A stretch of DNA of 64,000 nucleotides. Origin: Azolla caroliniana. Taxonomy: Eukaryota; Plantae; Polypodiophyta. Below are positions 36,216 to 48,445 of the stretch, in pieces. The notes below the pieces were generated by a model that did not search any database, had not been told where the DNA came from, and was given only the letters and a program-made list of their open reading frames with translations. The position numbers and the translations under genes were made by a program. Each line of letters begins with the position of its first letter. Within the stretch, counting starts at the first letter, position 1. The stretch spans positions 13,268,001 through 13,332,000 of the forward strand of contig JBHGNT010000020.1 of the NCBI GenBank assembly GCA_043228905.1, given 5' to 3'.

Positions 36216-38315
36216 TTATTTCATCTACCTCTCCAAGCCTCAACACTTCCACAATCTTTTATTGAGGTTTTGCACACCTTCATGAGATCTCGTTGGCTTG
36301 GTCCTGTGATGTTCCATGATTTTGTGACAAAATTCTACTTGCCTTTTTGACAATTTTCTTGACCAATGCCCTACCATTTTCATGATCTCTATCCACCTCT
36401 ATGACCTCTCTTTAGATTGATGTTCCATCTACTCCCAAGAGCCTTTAATCTAGAATGATGTTTGATAAGGACTATCCATCCATTTCGTATATCTTATTCA
36501 TCTCTATTTCATTCACTTTTATGAACCCCCTTGGGAGGATATTTCATTTGTTTCCATGTCCCATTTTGGGCTAATATTGTTCCATCCACTTCTTCTTGCA
36601 TTCCCTAGTGGAAGCTAGATGCATTTCCATGAGCCCACTATAGGCTTTTTCCCATCCACTTCCATGAGCCTCGTCTAACATCTGCATTAATGAGCCCTTT
36701 TCATGCTATGTTTCGAGTACTTCTAGTACAAGCTCTCTATCGGGTGATAGATATTCCATCCATTAATTTCATAAGCCCTAAATGAGTATGTTTTGCCTAC
36801 TTTTGCCAACCTCCTTGACCCAATGTGTCATCCTCTTTGGCCCAAAGTTGCATTTACTTCAACCCAAAGGTGCATTTACTTTTGCAAGCCCTCTCCAACC
36901 CAATTCCTTGTCCCCTCTTTGTCAAAAATTGACCAATCATCTTGACCATGAAAAGATGTAGTCCAAGAACTCCATTTTTGGTACCTTCACAAAACCTCTC
37001 CTCTTGGAAGTTGATGTTATAGAAGGAGATGTCATTGCTTCCACAAGTGAATTGTGGGGTCCATTGGTTTCAAGAACACTACTTTGTAATCATCTATATA
37101 TAATTTATAGAACGGGATCTTTGTATTGGTATCTTGCTAATAATCACTATATTATCTATCCCATTGCTTTCTCTTGTTCTCTTATTTCCATTGTGTTGAT
37201 CAGGCTCTCATCTCTCGCTTCAAACCTCTAGGTTATGCCTAAACCCCTTGTTTCGTCCAAGTTTTCTCATTTTATTCATCCACTCCTTCAACGCCTCTTG
37301 TCAAAACATGATCATAATTTGCTCACCCAAGGTCCCTTCGTCCACTCATATGCACACAACTGCATATCTTCTTCCTTGATCTTTTGACATTTGTGTCACA
37401 TACACTTCATAAAGTTTAAGTGGCAATAACCACTCTTAACAAACCAACTCCCTTAAGGTTTTCCTAGATGTGGAGAAAATATCAATGAGCTTCCCATATT
37501 CTTTTATATTTTTGAATAATGTTTTTCTCTCCTCTACGCAATTTTGATGGTTTTCCTTGCCTTTGATCACATTTATACACATAAGCCTATATGACATTTT
37601 TTATCAAACCATTTTTTCTTTGAGCTACTTTTAGGGGTGTCATTTCTAAAGTATGTATCATATGGAAAAACATATCTTTGTGCATGCGCAAATGTTTGAT
37701 ATTGTAAAGAATCAAGAGATGGATTCTTGTGAAGCGGAATAGGTGTGAACTGTGTGTGTGTGTGAGTGAGAGAGAGAGAGAGAGAGTGAGAGAGACAAGG
37801 AATACGCAAGGTCAAAGTATATAGACAAAGGAGAAAGACTCGACGTTATACAAGATGGGAGGAGGGTGCTTTATGTAGCCACCCTCTCTCTTCATTAACT
37901 ACAAGGCTCATGGAGCATGGGGAATGTGAAAGCTCATAAGTTATGGGTCATAGAATATAATTCTATGACTCATACTAAATGCTAGAATACAAAGTGGTGA
38001 TATAATGGTGACTCTTGACCGTTGAGGTGTCTCTTCACTCTCAAGGTGAGTTCACACACTAGACCAAGTTGAGCTTGATTCTCAACACGCCCCCTCAAGC
38101 TCAAGTCGGGTCGGTTTCAGACGGTATCCGAAATCCGCTTCAATTCACGTTCGGGAGTCCGCGTCGACTCGCTTTATGCGGAGTTGCGCAATCCGTGCTC
38201 CAGCTTGCGTTGTGCGTAGTTACGAAGTCTGTGCTTCGGCTTGCGTCTTTCTTCGCAGCTTTGCACGGTAGATCGGCTCTTCGTTGCTTCGTTGTGTGGT
38301 TGCGGAATCCACGCG

Positions 38316-40862
38316 TTATTGCATAGTGTCTTCAGTACTCCCCCTCAAGCTTGGCAGGTCAGGGATCGTCAATCCGAGATCGGTCATGAATTGCCATAGC
38401 TTGTCGGCTCCTAAGGCTTTGGTGAAGATGTCGGCCGTTTGAAGATTGGTGCTAATGTGTTGTAGGTCGACATCGCCAGCCAGAACGCGCTCTCGGATGA
38501 AGTGATAGTGCACTTCGATGTGCTTTGTCCGCACGTGGAACACCGGGTTCCGAGCCAGATAGATACTGCTCATGTTGTCGCAGTAAAGGGAAGTCAGATC
38601 CTTGATGGGTACGCCCAGATCCTTCAAAATCCTCTTGAGCCATACGGCTTCACATGCAGCTATGGTTGCGCCCCTGTATTCCGCCTCCGTACTCGAAAGA
38701 GCGACGGTAGGCTGCTTCTTGCTACTCCAGGATATTGCTCCGTTGCCGAGGGAGAACAAATCCGGAGGTTGATCTTCTATCGGCTTTATAGCCGGCCCAA
38801 TCGGCGTCTGTGTACCCCTCGAGTCGTATTGGCATCGCGGTCTTGTAGAGGATGTCGCAATCCATTGTGCCACTCACGTACCGTAGGACTCGCTTAGCAC
38901 AATCCAAGTGAGTATCACGCGGTGTTTGCATGAATTGGCTAAGGAGACCGACTGGATAACTGAGATCGGGTCGAGTGATCGTGAGGTAGATGAGACTCCC
39001 AATGAGTTGCCGATACTGAGTCGGCTCACATGCTTTGGTGCCGGAGTTTGCATCTAGTTTGAGATTACGATCGAGCGGGGTTGCCACAGATTTGCACTCA
39101 GCCATCCCAAACTTGTATAACATGTTAAGGATGTAGTGTCGTTGAGAGATCATGATTCCGGCCGGAGTCCGAATTACCTCGATGCCAAGGAAGTAGTGGA
39201 GCTCCTTCATGTCTGACATCTCGAACTTGTCAGAAAGGAGGGATTTGACCTAACTGAGATCGGGTCGAGTGATCGTGAGGTAGATGAGACTCCCAATGAG
39301 TTGCCGATACTGAGTCGGCTCACATGCTTTGGTGCCGGAGTTTGCATCTAGTTTGAGATTACGATCGAGCGGGGTTGCCACAGATTTGCACTCAGCCATC
39401 CCGAACTTGTATAACATGTTAAGGATGTAGTGTCGTTGAGAGATCATGATTCCGGCCGGAGTCCGAATTACCTCGATGCCAAGGAAGTAGTGGAGCTCCT
39501 TCATGTCTGACATCTCGAACTTGTCAGAAAGGAGGGATTTGACCTTAGTGATTTCGACGAGATGCTCACCTCCAATGACTAGGTCATCCACATATAAGAT
39601 GATGACGATCGGACTTGCGGAATCGCTTCGTGTGTAGAGGGAGTTGTTCGATTTTGACATACGGAAGCCGATTTGATGAAGATATTGCGTTATCTTCGAA
39701 TGCCAAGCACGCGGTGCTTGCTTGAGGCCGTAGAGTGACTTTTTGAGTCGACATACAGCTTTCGGATGGGTGCTCGAGTTGAAGCCGGGTGTTTGTAGCA
39801 TGTACACCTCCTCTTCTAATTCGCCTTGTAGAAAGGCGTTCTTGATGTCATTTGATGGAGGTGCCACCCTTTCGCCGCGGCAAGCGCAATTACGGTCCGC
39901 ACCGTTGTCATCTTTGCCACCGGGGCAAAGGTCTCTTCGTAGTCGACGCCATGCATCTGAGTGTATCCTTTCGCTACGAGTCGAGCTTTGTAGCGGTTTA
40001 CGGAGCCATCGGCGTTATACTTCACCTTGTAGATCCATCTGCATCCGATCGCCTTTTTGTGTGGTGAGGTGGGAACGAGATCCCACGTCTCGTTCTTCCG
40101 TAATGCCTGCATCTCTTCGTTCATTGCCTCGATCCATCGCGGGTCCTTCGCGGCTTCCGAAAAGGTTTCCGGCTCCCGTACTGTTGCTACCTTCATCATA
40201 AAGGCGTAATGGTACGCCATGTAATCATTGTAGCCGAATCCGCTTACGGGGTTCTTTTCACGGGTGGATCGGCGGAGCTTTTCATTTTCAGAGATGAGGG
40301 CTTTCTTGGCTCCGATTGGTACCTCGAAACCGCCGAACTCACTGTCGAGTGAGTGAGTCGATTCATCGTCGTCGAAGCGAACGTCTTCATATTCCGCCAT
40401 TTTTGCCTTCCCTTTGTCCATCTTCGGGCTAGGCCGTGATGTGCTTTGATCGCTCAAAGGCTCTTTTGGTCCGCTCAGTTGGGTCGTGATCGGACTTTCT
40501 TCGAAAATGCGCGTAAGATGATCTTCATCCTCTATCTCTTGTTCGGTGGATTCCGGCTCGAGCGGGGTCGGAGTCGAAGTTGTCTCTGGTGCGTACCAGT
40601 ATACGGACTCGTCAAAAACGACGTCTCGACTTACCCGAGATTTTCGAGTTGAGGGGTTGTAACACTTGTACCCCTTTTGCTCCAGTGAGTATCCTACGAG
40701 GATACATTTCTCCGACTTCGGGTCGAGCTTTTGATGCTTCTCGTCGGGGATGTGCACGTACGCAATGGAGCCGAATGTCAGAACATGTGATAGGTTCGGC
40801 TTCTTTCCGAAGAATCTTTTGTGCGGAGTGACCTTGTGCACGCCAGATGTTGTGCATCGGTT
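38316..40862 (-). pseudogene. Copia pol 3' part (integrase C-terminus, RT, RNase H), frameshifted, with an internal duplication
   Basis: [41 protein letters not shown] and SSTEAEY..KHIEVHYHF across ORFs 39816-40874, 39250-39867, 38722-39219 and 38316-38873. Confidence 0.9.
38957..39544. repeat. 294-bp tandem duplication inside the Copia RT
   Basis: 38957-39250 and 39251-39544 match with one substitution seen; the junction creates a TAG stop. Confidence 0.92.
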
Positions 40863-40971
40863 CAAATATATCAAACCCCATATCTCCTACATCATCAAAT
40901 TTGAACACACACACACACACACACACACAATCTCCCTCTCTCTCTCTCTCTCTCACACACACACAATCTCC

Positions 40972-41005
<34 letters not shown>

Positions 41006-41179
41006 TCCCTTATCTTCCCTATATAAACCTCTCCAATTCTAAATGGTCATGTGCACTGATGAGCTCCTTAGGAGCGAAACTAGTTTGCCACATCGACCAT
41101 TTCTTTGTATTACTTTTTAAGTTTCTTAATATGAATTAGTTTTTAGTCTATTTCTCTCTCTCTAAACTTTGTACATATC

Positions 41180-41225
<46 letters not shown>

Positions 41226-41318
41226 TCTCTCTATAATTCTCACTCTTAATCTCACATTCACCCACCGATTGTATACCGTTCGCACTCCTTGTATTGACCT
41301 CACGGTCTAGAACTCACA
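40863..41318 (+). mobile_element. 5'-truncated copy of the hammerhead-bearing direct repeat
   Basis: Matches the 3' ~450 bp of the repeats at 42510, 44249, 46084 and 47893 apart from microsatellite lengths and a single T/C site; fused to Copia pol at 40862. Confidence 0.85.
41041..41102 (+). ncRNA. Type I hammerhead ribozyme, copy 1 (predicted cleavage after GUU, 41085)
   Basis: AAATGGTCATGTGCA-CTGATGA-GCTCC(TTA)GGAGC-GAA-AC(TA)GT-T-TGCCACATCGACCATTT: canonical core, 5-bp stem II, minimal palindromic stem III, and a 15-bp stem I with two bulges. Confidence 0.9.
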
Positions 41319-42509
41319 TTCCGCTCCTTCGGGAATGGGTGTCGGTGTTGCTTGTCGAATTGGCACGCTTCGCATACACCTTCAATCTCCTTCTCTTTGA
41401 ATGTCGGGAGTCCGATAACGACTCCTTTCGATCTCATTGCTTTGAGTTTGTTGAGATTGATGTGACCGATTCGCTTATGCCATAGCTCTATGTCGGAGTC
41501 GGCTTTCGTGCTTTTCGCGAACATGGCGGATTTCATCTCGTGCGAATCGAGAATGAACATCCGGCCCTCTCTTCTTCCGTGTGCGATGATTCGGCCTTCT
41601 TTTTTTATGACGCACCCTTCTTGATCGAATCGTACTTGCATCCCTTGCTCAACCATTTGGCCGACCGAGACCAAATTCTTCGTGATAGTGGGAACATGCA
41701 AGACATTTTTAATGTATGTTTGCTTATCTCTTTCGCCAAACAGGACATTGCCAATGTGCCAAATCGGGTGTGTAGTGTCATCTCCAGTTTCGACATAACC
41801 AGGTCGCTCCGGCTCTCGAAGTTCGAGAAACCATTCTTTATGGGATGTCATATGGTTTGAGGTTCCGGACTCTACAAACCATACGTCCTCCAGATTGAGG
41901 GCACTAGTTAAGGTAGAGGCCGACATAGAGTTTGCTCTATGTTTCATCATGAACATTCCGCCACGGTCGGAGTTGTATGCGTACATTCCGCCACGATCCT
42001 CGTAGTCGGAGTTGTGCCCGTACATTCCGCTATACTCTTCGTAGTCAGAATTGTGCGCGTAATTCGTGAGTTGTCGGCTTGTGGAAGCCGATTCACGCAT
42101 CTTCTTTCGGCACTCTTCTTCGTGGTGGCCGAGCTTTCCGCAATATCCGCATTCGGTTGCGTTTTGATGGCTTGAGCTGGAGTGAAAGCTCCCCCTTCTT
42201 GCAAAGGTTCCTCGTTGGCCTCCGTTTTGCGGCCGAAATTGAGAGTTGTTGTCGTAGGTCGGAGCTCGTCCGCCTTGTCCTTGGCCGAATCGGCCTCTCG
42301 CTCGTCCGCGTCCTCTTCCTCCATTAGAGTGTGTGTAGAGCATGTGGCCTTCCGACTCATTGCTCCTTGTACGCACGTGGTTTTCTTCGACCAATAGCAT
42401 TGATTGGAGCTCAAAGAAGGAGGGAGATTTCTCCCGTGCTAGAACGGCGGTTCGCATCGCGCCGAACCGTGGTGCGAGGCCGCCGAGGCATATTTGCACC
42501 ATCTCATCA
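41319..42509 (-). pseudogene. Duplicated Copia gag-protease-pre-integrase fragment, copy 1
   Basis: ORF 41300-42502: CGYCGKLGHHEEEC, WFVESGTSNHMT and LWHKRIGH..CEAC; near-identical to 48529-49718. Confidence 0.9.
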
Positions 42510-42772
42510 TCTTAATCTCACTCTACCCTTTCCTCCTCCACTTTAATTTCCAATATACCCTCCAATTCTTCCTACCCCCCTCCTTTTTTCAAAGATCTCC
42601 ATACATTCTAACGTACTTCACCATCCCTAACTCCCACCTCACACACTTCTCTCTTACCCTTCCTCTCTCTTTCTCTCTCACACTCCCCTACATGTTTTTC
42701 AAATAACCCCAAAAAATCTTCTATCCCACACCAAATATATCAAACCCCATATCTCCTACATCATCAAATTTG

Positions 42773-42811
<39 letters not shown>

Positions 42812-42845
42812 CCCTTATCTTCCCTATATAAACCTCTCCAATTCT

Positions 42846-42907
42846 AAATGGTCATGTGCACTGATGAGCTCCTTAGGAGCGAAACTAGTTTGCCACATCG
42901 ACCATTT
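42846..42907 (+). ncRNA. Type I hammerhead ribozyme, copy 2
   Basis: Identical to 41041-41102. Confidence 0.9.
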
Positions 42908-42980
42908 CTTTGTATTACTTTTTAAGTTTCTTAATATGAATTAGTTTTTAGTCTATTTCTCTCTCTCTAAACTTTGTACA

Positions 42981-43038
<58 letters not shown>

Positions 43039-43636
43039 TATAATTCTCACTCTTAATCTCACATTCACCCACCGACTGTATACCGTTCGCACTCCTTGTA
43101 TTGACCTCACGGTCTAGAACTCACAATTCGTAGTAATTTCTATGGAGGACCAATCCACAGAGACGTGAACCCACGATGGCATATGATCGACGCCCTTCGA
43201 GTATCCACTTCGTGTCGAGTTCCCTCATTTCAAGTGGAAGGCATTTGCAACGGCATCATCGGCATCCCATACATGCCTTCAACATATTATCTCTCACTTC
43301 CTTACATCTTTTCATTGTAAGCATGGGACTACATTCTGTAGCCATGCATTCCCTTCTGTCTCTTTTAGTATGTGTGCATATGGACTACTTTCAATAGTTG
43401 GCATTTTGCATAATCTTAGTATTTCCTTTCCTTTCCAATGCACGGGACTACATTGTAGCCGGCATTTGTATTCAACATATGTTCTACCCTTCCGTTGTAA
43501 CCAATATACCTTGCATCACTCTCCCTCCCACTCACTTTCCGTTGCAAGATATCCTTCCCCCATAGTCTCTCTCTATATTAACTTTACCCCTGTTTTATCT
43601 TTACCTAATTCTCAACATACCCTTACCTATTTTCAA

Positions 43637-44048
43637 CTCTACCCCTTCCCTAACTTTTTGATATTTCCACTATACCCTCCCCCTTACTTTTCCTTATCTT
43701 TAACTCTACCCCTCCCCTAACTTTTCCATATTTTCACTATACCCTCCCCCTTACTTTTCCTTATCTTTAACTCTACCCCTTCCCAAACCTTTCCATATTT
43801 TCACTATACCCTCCCCCTTATTTTTCCTTATCTTTAACTCTACCCTTTCCCAAACTTTTCAATATTTTCACTATATCCTCCCCCTTACTTTTCCTTATCT
43901 TTAACTCTACCCCTCCCCTAACTTTTCCATATTTTCACTATACCCTCCCCCTTACTTTTCCTTATCTTTAACTCTACCCCTTCCCTAACTTTTCAATATT
44001 TTCACTATACCCTCCCCCTTACTTTTCCTTATCTTTAACTCTACCCCT
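43637..44048. repeat. 67-bp C/T-rich minisatellite, 6 units plus a partial unit
   Basis: Unit CTCTACCCCTTCCCTAACTTTT..CACTATACCCTCCCCCTTACTTTTCCTTATCTTTAA. Confidence 0.9.
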
Positions 44049-44511
44049 CACATTTTAACTTTCTCTCTCACACTTCTCTCTTACCCTTCCTCTCTCTTTC
44101 TCTCTCACACTCCCCTACATGTTTTTCAAATAACCCTGTCTCGTTCACCAATTTCAATCTACCCCTTTCCCCCTTCCTTTTTTCTAGAATTACATTCATA
44201 CCCCTCCCTCTTTTAGTAAATTTCTCGTACCCCTCCCCCTTTCATTCTTCTTAATCTCACTCTACCCTTTCCTCCTCCACTTTAATTTCCAATATACCCT
44301 CCAATTCTTCCTACCCCCCTCCTTTTTTCAAAGATCTCCATACATTCTAACGTACTTCACCATCCCTAACTCCCACCTCACACACTTCTCTCTTACCCTT
44401 CCTCTCTCTTTCTCTCTCACACTCCCCTACATGTTTTTCAAATAACCCCAAAAAATCTTCTATCCCACACCAAATATATCAAACCCCATATCTCCTACAT
44501 CATCAAATTTG

Positions 44512-44546
<35 letters not shown>

Positions 44547-44549
44547 TCC

Positions 44550-44583
<34 letters not shown>

Positions 44584-44618
44584 TCCCTTATCTTCCCTAT
44601 ATAAACCTCTCCAATTCT

Positions 44619-44680
44619 AAATGGTCATGTGCACTGATGAGCTCCTTAGGAGCGAAACTAGTTTGCCACATCGACCATTT
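44619..44680 (+). ncRNA. Type I hammerhead ribozyme, copy 3
   Basis: Identical to 41041-41102. Confidence 0.9.
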
Positions 44681-44757
44681 CTTTGTATTACTTTTTAAGT
44701 TTCTTAATATGAATTAGTTTTTAGTCTATTTCTCTCTCTCTAAACTTTGTACATATC

Positions 44758-44809
<52 letters not shown>

Positions 44810-44892
44810 ATTCTCACTCTTAATCTCACATTCACCCACCGATTGTATACCGTTCGCACTCCTTGTATTGACCTCACGGTCTAGAACTCACA

Positions 44893-46083
44893 TTCCGCTC
44901 CTTCGGGAATGGGTGTCGGTGTTGCTTGTCGAATTGGCACGCTTCGCATACACCTTCAATCTCCTTCTCTTTGAATGTCGGGAGTCCGATAACGACTCCT
45001 TTCGATCTCATTGCTTTGAGTTTGTTGAGATTGATGTGACCGATTCGCTTATGCCATAGCTCTATGTCGGAGTCGGCTTTCGTGCTTTTCGCGAACATGG
45101 CGGATTTCATCTCGTGCGAATCGAGAATGAACATCCGGCCCTCTCTTCTTCCGTGTGCGATGATTCGGCCTTCTTTTTTTATGACGCACCCTTCTTGATC
45201 GAATCGTACTTGCATCCCTTGCTCAACCATTTGGCCGACCGAGACCAAATTCTTCGTGATAGTGGGAACATGCAAGACATTTTTAATGTATGTTTGCTTA
45301 TCTCTTTCGCCAAACAGGACATTGCCAATGTGCCAAATCGGGTGTGTAGTGTCATCTCCAGTTTCGACATAACCAGGTCGCTCCGGCTCTCGAAGTTCGA
45401 GAAACCATTCTTTATGGGATGTCATATGGTTTGAGGTTCCGGACTCTACAAACCATACGTCCTCCAGATTGAGGGCACTAGTTAAGGTAGAGGCCGACAT
45501 AGAGTTTGCTCTATGTTTCATCATGAACATTCCGCCACGGTCGGAGTTGTATGCGTACATTCCGCCACGATCCTCGTAGTCGGAGTTGTGCCCGTACATT
45601 CCGCTATACTCTTCGTAGTCAGAATTGTGCGCGTAATTCGTGAGTTGTCGGCTTGTGGAAGCCGATTCACGCATCTTCTTTCGGCACTCTTCTTCGTGGT
45701 GGCCGAGCTTTCCGCAATATCCGCATTCGGTTGCGTTTTGATGGCTTGAGCTGGAGTGAAAGCTCCCCCTTCTTGCAAAGGTTCCTCGTTGGCCTCCGTT
45801 TTGCGGCCGAAATTGAGAGTTGTTGTCGTAGGTCGGAGCTCGTCCGCCTTGTCCTTGGCCGAATCGGCCTCTCGCTCGTCCGCGTCCTCTTCCTCCATTA
45901 GAGTGTGTGTAGAGCATGTGGCCTTCCGACTCATTGCTCCTTGTACGCACGTGGTTTTCTTCGACCAATAGCATTGATTGGAGCTCAAAGAAGGAGGGAG
46001 ATTTCTCCCGTGCTAGAACGGCGGTTCGCATCGCGCCGAACCGTGGTGCGAGGCCGCCGAGGCATATTTGCACCATCTCATCA
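44893..46083 (-). pseudogene. Duplicated Copia gag-protease-pre-integrase fragment, copy 2
   Basis: ORF 44874-46076 translates identically to ORF 41300-42502. Confidence 0.9.
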
Positions 46084-46370
46084 TCTTAATCTCACTCTAC
46101 CCTTTCCTCCTCCACTTTAATTTCCAATATACCCTCCAATTCTTCCTACCCCCCTCCTTTTTTCAAAGATCTCCATACATTCTAACGTACTTCACCATCC
46201 CTAACTCCCACCTCACACACTTCTCTCTTACCCTTCCTCTCTCTTTCTCTCTCACACTCCCCTACATGTTTTTCAAATAACCCCAAAAAATCTTCTATCC
46301 CACACCAAATATATCAAACCCCATATCTCCTACATCATCAAATTTGAACACACACACACACACAATCTCC

Positions 46371-46450
<80 letters not shown>

Positions 46451-46485
46451 TCCCTTATCTTCCCTATATAAACCTCTCCAATTCT

Positions 46486-46547
46486 AAATGGTCATGTGCA
46501 CTGATGAGCTCCTTAGGAGCGAAACTAGTTTGCCACATCGACCATTT
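46486..46547 (+). ncRNA. Type I hammerhead ribozyme, copy 4
   Basis: Identical to 41041-41102. Confidence 0.9.
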
Positions 46548-46620
46548 CTTTGTATTACTTTTTAAGTTTCTTAATATGAATTAGTTTTTAGTCTATTTCT
46601 CTCTCTCTAAACTTTGTACA

Positions 46621-46682
<62 letters not shown>

Positions 46683-47280
46683 TATAATTCTCACTCTTAA
46701 TCTCACATTCACCCACCGACTGTATACCGTTCGCACTCCTTGTATTGACCTCACGGTCTAGAACTCACAATTCGTAGTAATTTCTATGGAGGACCAATCC
46801 ACAGAGACGTGAACCCACGATGGCATATGATCGACGCCCTTCGAGTATCCACTTCGTGTCGAGTTCCCTCATTTCAAGTGGAAGGCATTTGCAACGGCAT
46901 CATCGGCATCCCATACATGCCTTCAACATATTATCTCTCACTTCCTTACATCTTTTCATTGTAAGCATGGGACTACATTCTGTAGCCATGCATTCCCTTC
47001 TGTCTCTTTTAGTATGTGTGCATATGGACTACTTTCAATAGTTGGCATTTTGCATAATCTTAGTATTTCCTTTCCTTTCCAATGCACGGGACTACATTGT
47101 AGCCGGCATTTGTATTCAACATATGTTCTACCCTTCCGTTGTAACCAATATACCTTGCATCACTCTCCCTCCCACTCACTTTCCGTTGCAAGATATCCTT
47201 CCCCCATAGTCTCTCTCTATATTAACTTTACCCCTGTTTTATCTTTACCTAATTCTCAACATACCCTTACCTATTTTCAA

Positions 47281-47692
47281 CTCTACCCCTTCCCTAACTT
47301 TTTGATATTTCCACTATACCCTCCCCCTTACTTTTCCTTATCTTTAACTCTACCCCTCCCCTAACTTTTCCATATTTTCACTATACCCTCCCCCTTACTT
47401 TTCCTTATCTTTAACTCTACCCCTTCCCAAACCTTTCCATATTTTCACTATACCCTCCCCCTTATTTTTCCTTATCTTTAACTCTACCCTTTCCCAAACT
47501 TTTCAATATTTTCACTATATCCTCCCCCTTACTTTTCCTTATCTTTAACTCTACCCCTCCCCTAACTTTTCCATATTTTCACTATACCCTCCCCCTTACT
47601 TTTCCTTATCTTTAACTCTACCCCTTCCCTAACTTTTCAATATTTTCACTATACCCTCCCCCTTACTTTTCCTTATCTTTAACTCTACCCCT
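47281..47692. repeat. 67-bp C/T-rich minisatellite, second array
   Basis: Units start at 47281, 47348, 47415, 47482, 47549, 47616 and 47683. Confidence 0.9.
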
Positions 47693-48187
47693 CACATTTT
47701 AACTTTCTCTCTCACACTTCTCTCTTACCCTTCCTCTCTCTTTCTCTCTCACACTCCCCTACATGTTTTTCAAATAACCCTGTCTCGTTCACCAATTTCA
47801 ATCTACCCCTTTCCCCCTTCCTTTTTTCTAGAATTACATTCATACCCCTCCCTCTTTTAGTAAATTTCTCGTACCCCTCCCCCTTTCATTCTTCTTAATC
47901 TCACTCTACCCTTTCCTCCTCCACTTTAATTTCCAATATACCCTCCAATTCTTCCTACCCCCCTCCTTTTTTCAAAGATCTCCATACATTCTAACGTACT
48001 TCACCATCCCTAACTCCCACCTCACACACTTCTCTCTTACCCTTCCTCTCTCTTTCTCTCTCACACTCCCCTACATGTTTTTCAAATAACCCCAAAAAAT
48101 CTTCTATCCCACACCAAATATATCAAACCCCATATCTCCTACATCATCAAATTTGAACACACACACACACACACACACACAATCTCC

Positions 48188-48221
<34 letters not shown>

Positions 48222-48256
48222 TCCCTTATCTTCCCTATATAAACCTCTCCAATTCT

Positions 48257-48318
48257 AAATGGTCATGTGCACTGATGAGCTCCTTAGGAGCGAAACTAGT
48301 TTGCCACATCGACCATTT
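48257..48318 (+). ncRNA. Type I hammerhead ribozyme, copy 5
   Basis: Identical to 41041-41102. Confidence 0.9.
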
Positions 48319-48395
48319 CTTTGTATTACTTTTTAAGTTTCTTAATATGAATTAGTTTTTAGTCTATTTCTCTCTCTCTAAACTTTGTACATATC

Positions 48396-48445
<50 letters not shown>

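Larger units (their letters stand above)
42510..44892 (+). mobile_element. Non-coding hammerhead element copy 1: direct repeat (42510-43125) - internal region (43126-44248) - direct repeat (44249-44892)
   Basis: Each flanking repeat carries a TATA box and a hammerhead. No TG..CA LTR ends, PBS or credible ORF. Retrozyme-like or non-autonomous Penelope-like by architecture. Confidence 0.75.

Noticed and set aside
43176-43720. ORFs in the internal region of the hammerhead element
   Set aside because: Short and low-complexity, with no RT or GIY-YIG motifs recognised.
43637-44048. CRISPR-like regular repeats
   Set aside because: Head-to-tail 67-bp units with no unique spacers, no cas genes, and a eukaryotic context.
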